The notes under the pieces were generated by a model. It saw only the letters and a program-made list of their open reading frames with translations. It had not been told where the DNA came from and did not search any database. From Gemmatimonadales bacterium (GTDB lineage Bacteria; Gemmatimonadota; Gemmatimonadetes; Gemmatimonadales; GWC2-71-9), in the NCBI GenBank assembly GCA_038321865.1, contig JBBQFH010000006.1:65199-129198 (forward strand): a DNA stretch of 64,000 nucleotides. The letters run 5' to 3'. Below are positions 40,217 through 51,053 of the stretch, one piece after another. The number at the start of each line of letters is the position of its first letter. The first letter of the stretch is position 1. The position numbers and the translations under genes are program-made.

Positions 40217-42901
40217 GTGAGCGAGTGGTCGCGCCTCGCGGGCGCGCTCGCCGACCGGTACGTCGTCGAACGGGAGCTCGGCGCCGGCGGCATGGCCACC
40301 GTCTATCTCGCCCGCGACCTCCGCCACGACCGCCGAGTCGCCCTCAAGGTGCTCCGGCCCGAGCTCTCCGCCATCCTGGGCGGCGAGCGGTTTCTGCAGG
40401 AGATCCGTACCACCGCCAACCTCCAGCATCCGCACATTCTCTCGCTCTTCGACTCAGGCAGCGCGGACGGCTTCGTCTTCTACGTCATGCCGTACGTCGA
40501 GGGCGAATCGCTAAGGGACCGCTTGAACCGGGAGCACCAGCTCCCGGTCGACGACGCGGTCCGCATCGCGAGCGAGATCGCCGACGCGCTGTAGTACGCG
40601 CACGCCCAGGGCGTCATCCACCGCGACATCAAGCCCGAGAACGTCCTGCTCCACGGCGGCCACGCCATGGTCGCCGACTTCGGCATCGCGCTCGCCGCCA
40701 GCCGGAGCGACGGCTCCGCCCGCATGACCGAGACCGGCCTCAGCCTCGGCACGCCGGCCTACATGGCGCCCGAGCAGGCGATGGGCGAGCGCGAGATCTC
40801 GCCCCGCGCCGACATCTTCGCCCTCGGCGCCGTGCTGTACGAGATGCTCTCGGGCGAGCCGCCCTTTGCCGGCGCCACCGCGCAGGCGATCGTCGCCCGG
40901 ATGATGACCGAGGAGCCGCGCTCGCTGGTGATGCAGCGCCACTCGGTGCCGCCCAACGTCGAGGCCGCCACGCGGCGCGCGCTCGAGAAGTTGCCGGCCG
41001 ATCGGTTCGGCTCGGCGGCGGAGTTCCGGGTGGCGCTCAACGACCCGCGCTTCATCGGCGGCGGCGGCACGCTCATAGGTCCGGCCTACTCGCGCCCCAC
41101 GCCGCGCCGCCGCGCGCTCGCCGCGCTGCCGTGGGGAATCGCGGCGGCGGCGCTGGCGCTGGCTGGCGTGGTGCTGTTCCGCCCCCGGCGCGAGCCGCCG
41201 GTCACCCGCTACACGGTGACGCTCCCCGACAACCAGACAATCCTCCAGTACCGGGCGACCCCCTCGCCCGACGGCGCGCTGCTCCTGTTCGTGGGGCCGA
41301 GTCCGGGCCAGACGTCTGATGGCGTGCACCAGCTCTGGCTCAAGCATCGCGACCGCTTCGACGCGGAGCCGATCACCGGCACCAACGGTGCCTGGAACGC
41401 GACCTTCTCGCCCGACAGCCGCTGGATCGCATTCATCCGCGAGCGGCGCCTCTACAAGGTGGCCGTCGTCGGCGGCACGCCAGTGGCGCTGGCCGACTCG
41501 GCGGCGCCGGCGCGGCCCGGCATCGCCTGGCTCGACGACGGCAGCATCGTGTTCATGAAGGTGGGCGGCAAGACGCTGATGCAGGTGCCATCCGGCGGTG
41601 GCGCCGCCGAAAAGGTGTACGAGTCGGCGTTCACCATCGAAGAGCCGGGGCCGTTGCCCGGCTCGCGCGCGGTGCTCGCCGGCATCTGCGTGGACGCAGC
41701 ATGTAGCTCGTCCAACGTCATCGCGGTCGACCTGCGCGCGCACACTGCGAGCGTCGTCGTTCGCGGCGCCCGGTGGGGGCGCTACCTCGCCGGCAGCCGA
41801 CTGCTCTACGTCACGGACGCCAATGCCGCCTTCGCCGCCCCGTTCGACGCGGGAAAGCGGCAGGTGAGCGGATCGGCGGTCGCGGTCATCGACACCGTGG
41901 GATACGGCACCGGGACCGCGGAGATCGCCGTGTCGGATGCGGGCACGCTGGTCTACCGCCGAGGCTCCGGGGTTAACGGCGAGTACGAGATGGTGTGGGT
42001 GGACCGGTCGGGGAGCGCCGTGCCGATCGACATGGGGGGCCTGCTCAGGATCGACCCGGGAAACGGAAATCCGGGGTGGACGCTGTCGCCGGACGGCCGG
42101 CGTCTGGCGATCGGGCTCCTGACCGCGTCGGGCGGCGACGTGTGGGTGAAGGAGCTGCCCAACGGACCGCTGTCGCGTGCGACGTTCGACTCGGCGGCCG
42201 AGATCCGTCCGCGCTGGCTTCCCGACGGGCGCCATTTCGCCTTCGTCTCCGTTCCGGGCCGGACCCCCAACGAGCTGCACCAGGCGAGCGCCGACGGAAC
42301 CGGCCCGAACACGGTCCTCGCGCGGAATCCGGACGGCATCTACGAGGGCGCCGGGTCCCCGGACGGCAAGTGGATCGTGGCCCGGATCCGGGGCGGGCTG
42401 GGCCACCAGGGCCGGGACATCATCGGGTATCACATGGGCGACACGACCGCCGTGCCGCTGATCGCGAGTGCGGCGTTCGACGAGGACGCGTTCCGGCTGT
42501 CGCCGGACGGGCACTGGATCGCATACGAGTCGGACGAGTCGGGGCGGCGCGAGATCTACGTCCGGCCGTTTCCCAATACGAATGACGGGAAGTGGCAGGC
42601 GTCGACGCAGGGTGGCTTCGCGCCGCTCTGGGCGCCGGGCGGGCGGGAGCTGCTCTTCGTGGATGCGCAGCGGCGGATGACGTCGATGGCGTTCGCGCCG
42701 GGGCCGACACCGATGCTCGGCGAGCGGCGGGTGCTGTTTACGCTGACGGCGAACCTGTACCTGTCGGAAAACGATTACTACACGCCGTATGACATCAGTT
42801 CCGATGGGCGCCGGTTTATCATGGCGCGCCAGGCGCAGGCGAAGGGGGTGCCGCCGCTGATGGTGGTGGAGAACTGGACGACGGAGCTGCGGGCCAGGTA
42901 G
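40217..42901 (+). pseudogene. Ser/Thr protein kinase plus PD40-like propeller (STK paralog 2) interrupted by one in-frame TAG
   Basis: ORFs 40217..40594 and 40667..42901 are in the same frame. Codon 126 (40592..40594) is TAG within ...IASEIADAL*YAHAQGVIHRDIKPENVLL. Paralog 1 has ALDYAH and paralog 3 has ALEAAH at this position. There is no other disruption across 894 codons. Confidence 0.8.
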
Positions 42902-43021
42902 CGTCCTTGCGAGGAGCGAAGCGACGAAGCAATCGGGTCGGTGATGCGGAGCTCCGCGCATGCGCCGGCGCTCCGCCATATCCCACCCGATTGCTTCGTC
43001 GCTCCGCTCCTCGCAAGGACG
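42902..43021. repeat. 120-bp near-perfect palindromic (hairpin) element
   Basis: Arm 42902..42938 (CGTCCTTGCGAGGAGCGAAGCGACGAAGCAATCGGGT) is the reverse complement of 42985..43021 with 1 mismatch in 37. The inner segment also pairs (ATGCGGAGC with GCTCCGCCAT) around the central GCGCATGCGC. It begins 1 nt after the TAG stop of the kinase pseudogene. Confidence 0.85.
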
Positions 43022-43065
43022 TCGCCCCCCTGACCGCCGAGCCATTCCCCGAGTAGAATCCTCCC

Positions 43066-45438
43066 GTGGACCCCACCCCATCCGATACCCAGCCCCGCCT
43101 CACCGCCGCCCTCACCGGCCGCTACCGTCTCGACCGCGAGCTCGGCGCCGGCGGCATGGCGACTGTATACCTCGCGCACGACCTCCGCCACGACCGCCAG
43201 GTCGCGCTGAAGGTCCTCCGCCCCGAGCTCGCCGCCGCCATCGGCGCCGACCGCTTCCTCGCCGAGATTCGCACCACCGCCAACCTCCAGCACCCCCACA
43301 TCCTCCCGCTGTTCGACTCCGGCGCCGCCGCCGGCCTCCTCTTCTACGTCATGCCCTACGTCGAAGGCGAATCGCTCCGCGCTCGCATCGCCCGCGAGAC
43401 GCAGCTCTCCGTGGACGCGGCGCTCGAGATCGCGGCCGAGGTGGCCGGCGCCCTGGAAGCAGCCCACACGAAAGGCGTCGTGCACCGCGACATCAAGCCG
43501 GAGAACATCATGCTGACCGGTGGTCACGCGCTGGTCGCCGACTTCGGCATCGCGAAGGCGGTGGACGTCGCCGGCGACCGCCGGCTGACCGAGACCGGCC
43601 TGGTCATCGGCACGCCGGCCTACATGAGTCCGGAACAGGCCAGCGGCGAACGGACGGTGGACAGCCGGTCGGATGTGTACGCGCTGGGCTGCGTCCTGTA
43701 CGAGATGCTTGCGGGCGAGCCGCCCTTCACCGGGCCCACGGCGCAGGCCGTCATCGCCAAGCGCTTCAGCGGCGACGTTCCGTCGGTGCGGCGCGGGCGG
43801 CCCGGCGTCGCCGAAACGATTGATCGCATGATCTCGAAAGCCCTCGCGCCGGTGCCGTCGGACCGCTGGCAGAGCGCAGAGGCGTTCAGGCGTGCGATCA
43901 TCGAAGAGCGCAGCTCGGCGTCTGCTCCACCGCCAGGCCCTACCAAAGTGGCGCCACGCGCGCGCCGGCCGATGCTTCTGGGCTCGGTGCTCGCGCTCAT
44001 CGCTGTACTCGGAATCTGGTCCGCGTTCCACTTCTCCCGCGCGTCCCAACCCGCCGCCGCCATCGCCCGCACCATCGCCGTCCTCCCCCTCGTGAACGTC
44101 GGCGGCGACAGCACCCAGGAATTCTTCGCCGACGGCATGACCGACGAGCTCACCAGCACGCTCGGCAAGATCCCCGGCCTGCGCGTCGCCGCCCGCAGCT
44201 CCGCATTCGTATTCAAGGGCCAGTCTGCCGACGCGCGCGACGTGGGCGCGCGCCTGCACGTCGCGTCCGTGCTCGAAGGCAGTGTCCGGCGCGCCGGCTC
44301 GCAGATCCGGGTCTCTGCCCAGCTCATCAATGCGGCCGACGGACTCGCGCTGTGGTCGGAGACCTACGAGCGCGCGGTGGCGAACACATTCGAGATCCAG
44401 GACGACATCGCGAAAGCCGTCGCCGCGGCACTTCGCCTGACACTCGGCGCGGCGGCACGGCGAGCCGTGGGCGATGCCACGGTCAGCGTCGAAGCTCACG
44501 ACCTGTATCTGCAGGGCCGGTACGCGTTCAACACCGGTACGGAAGCTGGCCTCCGGAAGAGTCTGCGCTTGTACGAGCAGGCACTGAGCGTCGATTCCAC
44601 GTATGCGCCGGCCTGGCTGGGGATCGCGGTTACCTGGAGCTATCTCGCCGACGATGTCGTCGCGCCGCGTGAGGGCTATCCGATCGCGAAGGCCGCAGCG
44701 CTCAAGGCGATCGCGCTCGACCCTGACCTCGCCGAGGCCCACGCGATACACGGGGCGATCCTCGCGGGGTATGATTGGGATCGTGCGGCCAGCGCGCGGG
44801 AAGTCTCCCGGGCGCTGGAGCTCAACCCGAGCTCTGCCGACGCCTGGCACTACTCCGGCATCAGCTTGCCGATTACGCCGGCCGGAACCGATTCAGCGGT
44901 CGTGATGCTGCGGCATGCCGCCATGCTGGACCCGCTGTCGGCGGGAATTGTGGGGGACATATCCCTGGCACTGGTGCTAGGCAAGCGTTATGCGGAGGCG
45001 GCGACGGTGGCGCGGGAAGCCATTCAGCTCGATTCGACTGCTGCCCCGGCCTATGAGTGTCTCGGAATGAGCCTCCGCGCGCTCGGCCGGCCTGAGGAAG
45101 CACTCACGGCCTTCGACACTGCCGCCCGCCTGGGTTATCCGGCCGATGCGGATGCGATCGCGGTGCTCATGATGCTCGGCAAGCGAAGCGAGGCGCTCAC
45201 GCGGTTCGACCGGCTCAAAGCCACGGCGCAACAACGATATGTGTCCGGCGATCGGCTGGCGCTTGGATACCTCGCGACGGGTGACACGACTGCCGCGTTC
45301 CATTGGCTCGACGTGGCGTATCGGCAGCGCTCGGCGATGCTCGGGATCCTGCACGCGCTGCCGGCATGGGAGGGAATGCGGGAGGATCCGCGGTTCATTG
45401 CGCTGGTGCGCAAGGTCGGCGTGGCCGGGCGGCAGTAG
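43066..45438 (+). CDS. Ser/Thr protein kinase fused to TM segment, TolB-N-like/periplasmic module and TPR repeats (STK paralog 3)
   Basis: LGAGGMATVYLAHDLRHDRQVALKVLRPEL, HRDIKPENIML and DFGIAKA. Then IAVLPLVNVGGDSTQEFFADGMTDELTSTLGKIPGLRVAARSS...SVLEGSVRRAGSQIRVSAQLI, followed by TPR-like helices. It ends REDPRFIALVRKVG. Confidence 0.9.
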   Translation: MDPTPSDTQPRLTAALTGRYRLDRELGAGGMATVYLAHDLRHDRQVALKVLRPELAAAIGADRFLAEIRTTANLQHPHILPLFDSGAAAGLLFYVMPYVEGESLRARIARETQLSVDAALEIAAEVAGALEAAHTKGVVHRDIKPENIMLTGGHALVADFGIAKAVDVAGDRRLTETGLVIGTPAYMSPEQASGERTVDSRSDVYALGCVLYEMLAGEPPFTGPTAQAVIAKRFSGDVPSVRRGRPGVAETIDRMISKALAPVPSDRWQSAEAFRRAIIEERSSASAPPPGPTKVAPRARRPMLLGSVLALIAVLGIWSAFHFSRASQPAAAIARTIAVLPLVNVGGDSTQEFFADGMTDELTSTLGKIPGLRVAARSSAFVFKGQSADARDVGARLHVASVLEGSVRRAGSQIRVSAQLINAADGLALWSETYERAVANTFEIQDDIAKAVAAALRLTLGAAARRAVGDATVSVEAHDLYLQGRYAFNTGTEAGLRKSLRLYEQALSVDSTYAPAWLGIAVTWSYLADDVVAPREGYPIAKAAALKAIALDPDLAEAHAIHGAILAGYDWDRAASAREVSRALELNPSSADAWHYSGISLPITPAGTDSAVVMLRHAAMLDPLSAGIVGDISLALVLGKRYAEAATVAREAIQLDSTAAPAYECLGMSLRALGRPEEALTAFDTAARLGYPADADAIAVLMMLGKRSEALTRFDRLKATAQQRYVSGDRLALGYLATGDTTAAFHWLDVAYRQRSAMLGILHALPAWEGMREDPRFIALVRKVGVAGRQ

Positions 45439-46018
45439 GGCAGGGTCCATGACCCGCCGACGGTGGCGGTCAGCTACCTCGGCACGCTGGATCGGGTATT
45501 CGGCGTAGCGGTCACGACGCGGAAGTGGAATACGATCGGGGCGATTGCGCGGGCGATCGCCGCAACCGAAAACCGGGCGAGCTGCCGAACCGCGCCGGCT
45601 CACCTCCCGCCGTCGCCGATCCGCTCGAGAAACGCGAGCACCCGAGGCCACGGCTCGCGATCAACGCGGGCGGACGATCTGCGGGGACGTCGTTTGCCTG
45701 ATCCGGACACCTCGAACAACACCTTCGGCTGGAACTTCACTGCTCCCAGCCATTGATGCTTTCGGAGCCCCGCGCAAGCGGGGCTCACTGTTGCAAGGGC
45801 GCCCCGGTCCCGTGAATCTCCGCGAACATTCCCGATAGGTCGAGCACCAGCCCGGTTGCATCCGCCGCCGGCGAGCGCGCAGTCCCTCGTCTGGCTCGGG
45901 ATCGACCGGATCTACGATCCGCTTCGATCCGAGCCCAGGTTCGTGGCCCCGATGAAAAAAGCTGAACTTCCTTCCGTAAGGCGCTGGCCACCCGCGCGTA
46001 GCCGGCGCAGATCGGTGA

Positions 46019-47497
<1,479 letters not shown>

Positions 47498-47511
47498 CGG
47501 TCGGCTCCTCG

Positions 47512-48441
47512 TTAGTGTCGTTTGCGGCCGGTGGCCGCGAACAGTATCGGTCCCTTCGCATCCGGGTCGGGCGGGAGCGCGTGATAGCGGAATCCCTCGA
47601 GCCCGGCCTCGTCCATCCACCCGCCGATCGTGTCGGCGGAAAAGCCCTGCCAGACGTGCCCCATGCGCTGACGATACTCTTCGCGCTCGTGCGGCATCAT
47701 GTCGACCACCAGCACCCGGCCGCCCGGCTTCAGCACCCGCTCGACTTCGGCCAGGGCGCGCGCCGGTTCCACGACGTAGTGGAGCACGAGGAACAGCACC
47801 GCGGCGTCAAGCTCCCGGTCGGCGACGGGCAGCGACTCGAGCTCGCCCGCGCGCAGATCCACATTGTCATGCTCGGCCACCCGGCGGCGCGCGGCGGCCA
47901 GCATGGACTTCGACGCGTCCACCCCCACGACCCGCTGCACGAACGGGGCAAGGGAGGCAGTGAGCTGTCCCGTCCCGCAGCCGAGATCACCGACGATCCA
48001 GTGATCGTCGAGGAGGCCCGGCAGGGCGGCGAGATCGGTACGGCTGCCGAACAATTCGGCGCGGAGCCCGTCCCACTGGCCCGCGGCCGTCGAGAAAAAC
48101 TCACGGGACGCAGTGCGCCGGCGGGCAAGGACGCCGCGGAGCCGCTCCGCATCATGTGCCGCCTGGCTGCCGGCGCCGAGCTGTTCCTTGACCACCTGCC
48201 AGAGACGGCGGTCGGCAGCGTCGAGGGACGCCGTGAGGCGATACTGCCGGCTGGTGCCTTCGGCCCGGGCGCTGACCCACCCTTCATCGTGCAGGATACG
48301 CAGATGGCGGCTGACCGTCGACTGCGGCAGCTGGGTGACGGCGCAGAGCTCCGACACCGTCAGCTCGTGCCGGTCGAGCACGAGGAGCAGACGGCTCCGC
48401 GTGGCGTCGGCCAGCGCGCTGAGGGCATCGAAGACGCTCAT
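47512..48441 (-). CDS. sahR: ArsR-family HTH fused to SAM-dependent methyltransferase-like domain (SahR-type regulator architecture)
   Basis: I start at ATG 48441 ([56 protein letters not shown], an ArsR HTH). Then the methyltransferase motif [12 protein letters not shown] and [11 protein letters not shown]. The stop is 14 nt upstream of the ahcY start. The symbol is assigned from domain architecture and context only. Confidence 0.8.
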   Translation of the reverse strand: MSVFDALSALADATRSRLLLVLDRHELTVSELCAVTQLPQSTVSRHLRILHDEGWVSARAEGTSRQYRLTASLDAADRRLWQVVKEQLGAGSQAAHDAERLRGVLARRRTASREFFSTAAGQWDGLRAELFGSRTDLAALPGLLDDHWIVGDLGCGTGQLTASLAPFVQRVVGVDASKSMLAAARRRVAEHDNVDLRAGELESLPVADRELDAAVLFLVLHYVVEPARALAEVERVLKPGGRVLVVDMMPHEREEYRQRMGHVWQGFSADTIGGWMDEAGLEGFRYHALPPDPDAKGPILFAATGRKRH

Positions 48442-48448
48442 TCCACTC

Positions 48449-48475
48449 CGTTCATCCGTATATCCGGATGGAACG
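48449..48475. promoter_or_regulatory. Candidate operator (imperfect inverted repeat) in the sahR-like/ALDH divergent region
   Basis: CGTTCATCCG-TATAT-CCGGATGGAACG has the perfect core CATCCG-N6-CGGATG. It lies 8-34 nt upstream of the regulator start codon, in a locally AT-rich patch. Confidence 0.35.
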
Positions 48476-48598
48476 ATACAATAACTGGCCCCCGGGCGCA
48501 AGCCGGGGCTGGGCTGGCCTGCCCGCGCGGGGGGTCCTATGTTGCATGCGCCTGCCATTCCGCCGCGATTTTCACGGGACAGCCGAACCGATGCCCAC

Positions 48599-50014
48599 AT
48601 GACAGACCATCCTTTTCTGCTGGCCGGCGACCTCAGGACGGGGGACGCCGCCTGGGACGTCAGAAGCCCGTTTTCGGGCGACGTGCTGGGGCGCGCGTCG
48701 CTGGCCACGAAGGCCGATGTCGCCGCCGCGATCGATGCGGCGGCGGCGACCGCGCCAACCGCCGCCGCCCTGCCGAGCCACGCCCGGGCCGCAGCGCTGG
48801 AACGGATCCGGGCTGCGGTCGTCGCCCGGAAGGAAGAGCTGGCTCGTCTGCTGGCGGCCGAGGCGGGGAAGCCGCTGAGCGCGGCGCGGACGGAGCTCGA
48901 CCGGACGGCCTTCGTATTCCAGCAGGGGGCGGAAGAGGCCAAGCGAATCGGCGGTGAGGTGCTGTCGATGGATCTCATGCCGCACGGAGAGCATCGCTGG
49001 GGTCTCACGCGTCGTTTCCCGCTCGCCCCCATCTCGGCCATCACCCCGTTCAACTTTCCGTTGCTGCTTGCGGCGCACAAGCTCGCCCCCGCGATGGCGT
49101 GCGGCGCCACCCTCGTGCTCAAGCCGCCGCCGCAGGACCCGCTGTCCACCATGCTGCTGGCCCAGATCGTCCGGGACAGCGGGTATCCCGCGGGCGCCAT
49201 TTCGATCCTGCCGTGCACCAATGACGACGCCGCTCCCTTGCTGGACGATCCGCGGGTCCGCATGATCAGCTTCACCGGCTCGGCACGAGTCGGCTGGATG
49301 ATCCGCCAGCGGGCGCCGATGAAGCGGGTGACCCTGGAGCTGGGCGGGAACGCCGCAGTGCTCATCGAGCCGGACGCCGATCTCGACCACGCGGTCAAGC
49401 GCTGCGTCTTCGGCGGGTACTCGTATTCGGGGCAATCCTGCATCTCGACGCAACGCATCATGGTGCACGAACGCGTCTACGATGCGTTCGTGGAGCGGTT
49501 CGTCGCTGCCGTGCGGGCGCTCAGGACCGGAGACCCGCTGGACGACGCGACCGACGTCGGTCCGATGATCGACGAGGCCAATGCGATCCGCGCCGAGTCG
49601 TGGATCGGTGAGGCCGTGGCGGCCGGCGCGACGCTCGCGGTGGGCGGCGGGCGGAAGGGCGCCGTCCTCGAGCCCGCCGTGGTGCTCGGCACGACGAGCG
49701 CGATGAAGGTGAACTGTGAAGAGCTCTTCGCGCCGGTGACCACCGTGCGGAAATACGCCGATTTCGACGAGGCGCTGGCGACGGTAAACGATTCGCCCTA
49801 CGGGCTTCAGGCCGGCCTGTTCAGCAACGACATGCGCCGGATCCTGCGGGCCTTCGAGCGGGTGGAGGTCGGCGGGCTGATCATCAACGACGTATCCGGC
49901 TTCCGGGTGGACCACATGCCCTACGGCGGCGTGAAGCAGTCGGGGCAGGGGCGCGAGGGGATTCGATATGCCATCGAGGACATGACGGAGCTTCGGCTTC
50001 TGGTGCTGGGGTAG
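48599..50014 (+). CDS. NAD(P)-dependent aldehyde dehydrogenase family protein
   Basis: ITPFNFPLLLAAHKLAPAMACGATLVLKP, the general-base region TLELGGNA, the catalytic Cys in YSGQSCIS, and EELFAPV. I start at ATG 48599. Confidence 0.9.
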   Translation: MTDHPFLLAGDLRTGDAAWDVRSPFSGDVLGRASLATKADVAAAIDAAAATAPTAAALPSHARAAALERIRAAVVARKEELARLLAAEAGKPLSAARTELDRTAFVFQQGAEEAKRIGGEVLSMDLMPHGEHRWGLTRRFPLAPISAITPFNFPLLLAAHKLAPAMACGATLVLKPPPQDPLSTMLLAQIVRDSGYPAGAISILPCTNDDAAPLLDDPRVRMISFTGSARVGWMIRQRAPMKRVTLELGGNAAVLIEPDADLDHAVKRCVFGGYSYSGQSCISTQRIMVHERVYDAFVERFVAAVRALRTGDPLDDATDVGPMIDEANAIRAESWIGEAVAAGATLAVGGGRKGAVLEPAVVLGTTSAMKVNCEELFAPVTTVRKYADFDEALATVNDSPYGLQAGLFSNDMRRILRAFERVEVGGLIINDVSGFRVDHMPYGGVKQSGQGREGIRYAIEDMTELRLLVLG

Positions 50015-50036
50015 GACCAACACTCAAGGAGATACA

Positions 50037-51053
50037 ATGATCCGACCGATATTCGTGTCCGCACTTGGCCTCGCGCTCACCGCCGGCCTCCAGGCCCAGA
50101 ATCCGGCGCCCACCGCCGCGCAGCAGAGCGCCGCGCAGGCGCGCACGGCCCTGTTCCGTGCCAAGCGCATTCCGCACGAGTCCGGCTTCCGCGTCTTCAT
50201 CGTGCCGGACATGGAGGGGATGGGGAGCGTCGTGGACATCCACGAGGTGATCGCCGGCAACGAGGGCGAGCGCTACAAGACGCTGACGAGCCCGGACTAC
50301 TGGGATCGGTTCCGTCTGCTGCTCACCAAAGAAGTCAATTCCACCATCGCCGGCGCCCGGCTGGCGGGGGCGCGAAGCTTCGTGGTGAACGAGGGCCATG
50401 GCGGGAACATGTTCGCCAACGTGCTCCCCTGGGACCTCGATACCGCGGCGGTGCTGGTGCGCGGGTTTCCCAAGCCGCTGGTCATGATCACGGGGCTCGA
50501 CAGCACCTTCGGCACGCTGATGTTCACCGGCGCCCACGCGGGGGCGGGCAGCCCGGGCGTCATGGCGCACAACTTCGCCTTTGACTCGTTCACCGTGAAT
50601 GGCAAGACGCTCAACGAGGTCGGTATCAACGCGCTGATGGCGGGTGAGATGGGTGTATCGGTGTCGCTGGTGAGTGGCGACGACGTGCTGATCAACGAGA
50701 CCAAGGCCATGCTGAACAACGGCTTCGTCGCCATCGTGACCAAGCGGGCGGTGGGGCGCATGGCGGCGATCACCTACAGCCCGGCACGGGTGCGCGCCAT
50801 GCTCAGGAGCGGCGCCGCGGAGGCGGTGCGGCGGGAGCGCGCCGGAGCGTTCAAGCCGTTCACGATGGAGCGGCCGTACCGGGTCGAGTTCACCATGCGG
50901 AGCAGTTATCCCGACAGCATGATCACGGCGGTATCGAAGTTGCCGGAATTCAAGCTCGAGAAGACCGGCGACCGGAGCTTCCGGCTGGTCACCGACAGCG
51001 CGCGCGAGATGGGGTATCTGCTCGATGCGATCGAACAGGTGGTGCTCCGATGA
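50037..51053 (+). CDS. M55 family metallopeptidase (D-aminopeptidase DppA-like), secreted
   Basis: Signal peptide is present. VFIVPDMEGMGSV, VVNEGHGGNM, TGAHAGAGSPGVMAHNF and VSLVSGDD match the DppA/M55 pattern. Confidence 0.85.
   Translation: MIRPIFVSALGLALTAGLQAQNPAPTAAQQSAAQARTALFRAKRIPHESGFRVFIVPDMEGMGSVVDIHEVIAGNEGERYKTLTSPDYWDRFRLLLTKEVNSTIAGARLAGARSFVVNEGHGGNMFANVLPWDLDTAAVLVRGFPKPLVMITGLDSTFGTLMFTGAHAGAGSPGVMAHNFAFDSFTVNGKTLNEVGINALMAGEMGVSVSLVSGDDVLINETKAMLNNGFVAIVTKRAVGRMAAITYSPARVRAMLRSGAAEAVRRERAGAFKPFTMERPYRVEFTMRSSYPDSMITAVSKLPEFKLEKTGDRSFRLVTDSAREMGYLLDAIEQVVLR

Noticed and set aside
40592-40594. Reading the in-frame TAG as programmed recoding (pyrrolysine or readthrough)
   Set aside because: There are no pyl genes and no recoding signal in the window. 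Many other genes here clearly terminate at TAG, for example 42899..42901 and 28724..28726. A nonsense mutation or sequence error is far more likely.
40511-44850. Two very long minus-strand ORFs (40511..43081, 856 aa; 42778..44850, 690 aa), antisense to the kinase paralogs
   Set aside because: They are R/P/G/A-dominated translations lying opposite clear Hanks-kinase genes. Part of their sequence comes from the palindrome at 42902..43021, which reads similarly on both strands.
47498-48598. SAH riboswitch upstream of ahcY
   Set aside because: Only 14 nt separate ahcY from the upstream gene. The leader upstream of the regulator gene (48442..48598, minus strand) did not show the SAH-riboswitch conserved segments as I remember them. 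An Infernal scan would be needed to exclude it formally.
47512-49461. The 649-aa version of the ArsR-methyltransferase ORF, and the 650-aa version of 13525..15477
   Set aside because: The N-terminal extensions overlap the divergent ALDH gene and the upstream DUF5916 gene respectively, and are S/R/A-rich. Internal ATGs (48441 and 14829) give proteins with proper N-terminal domains.
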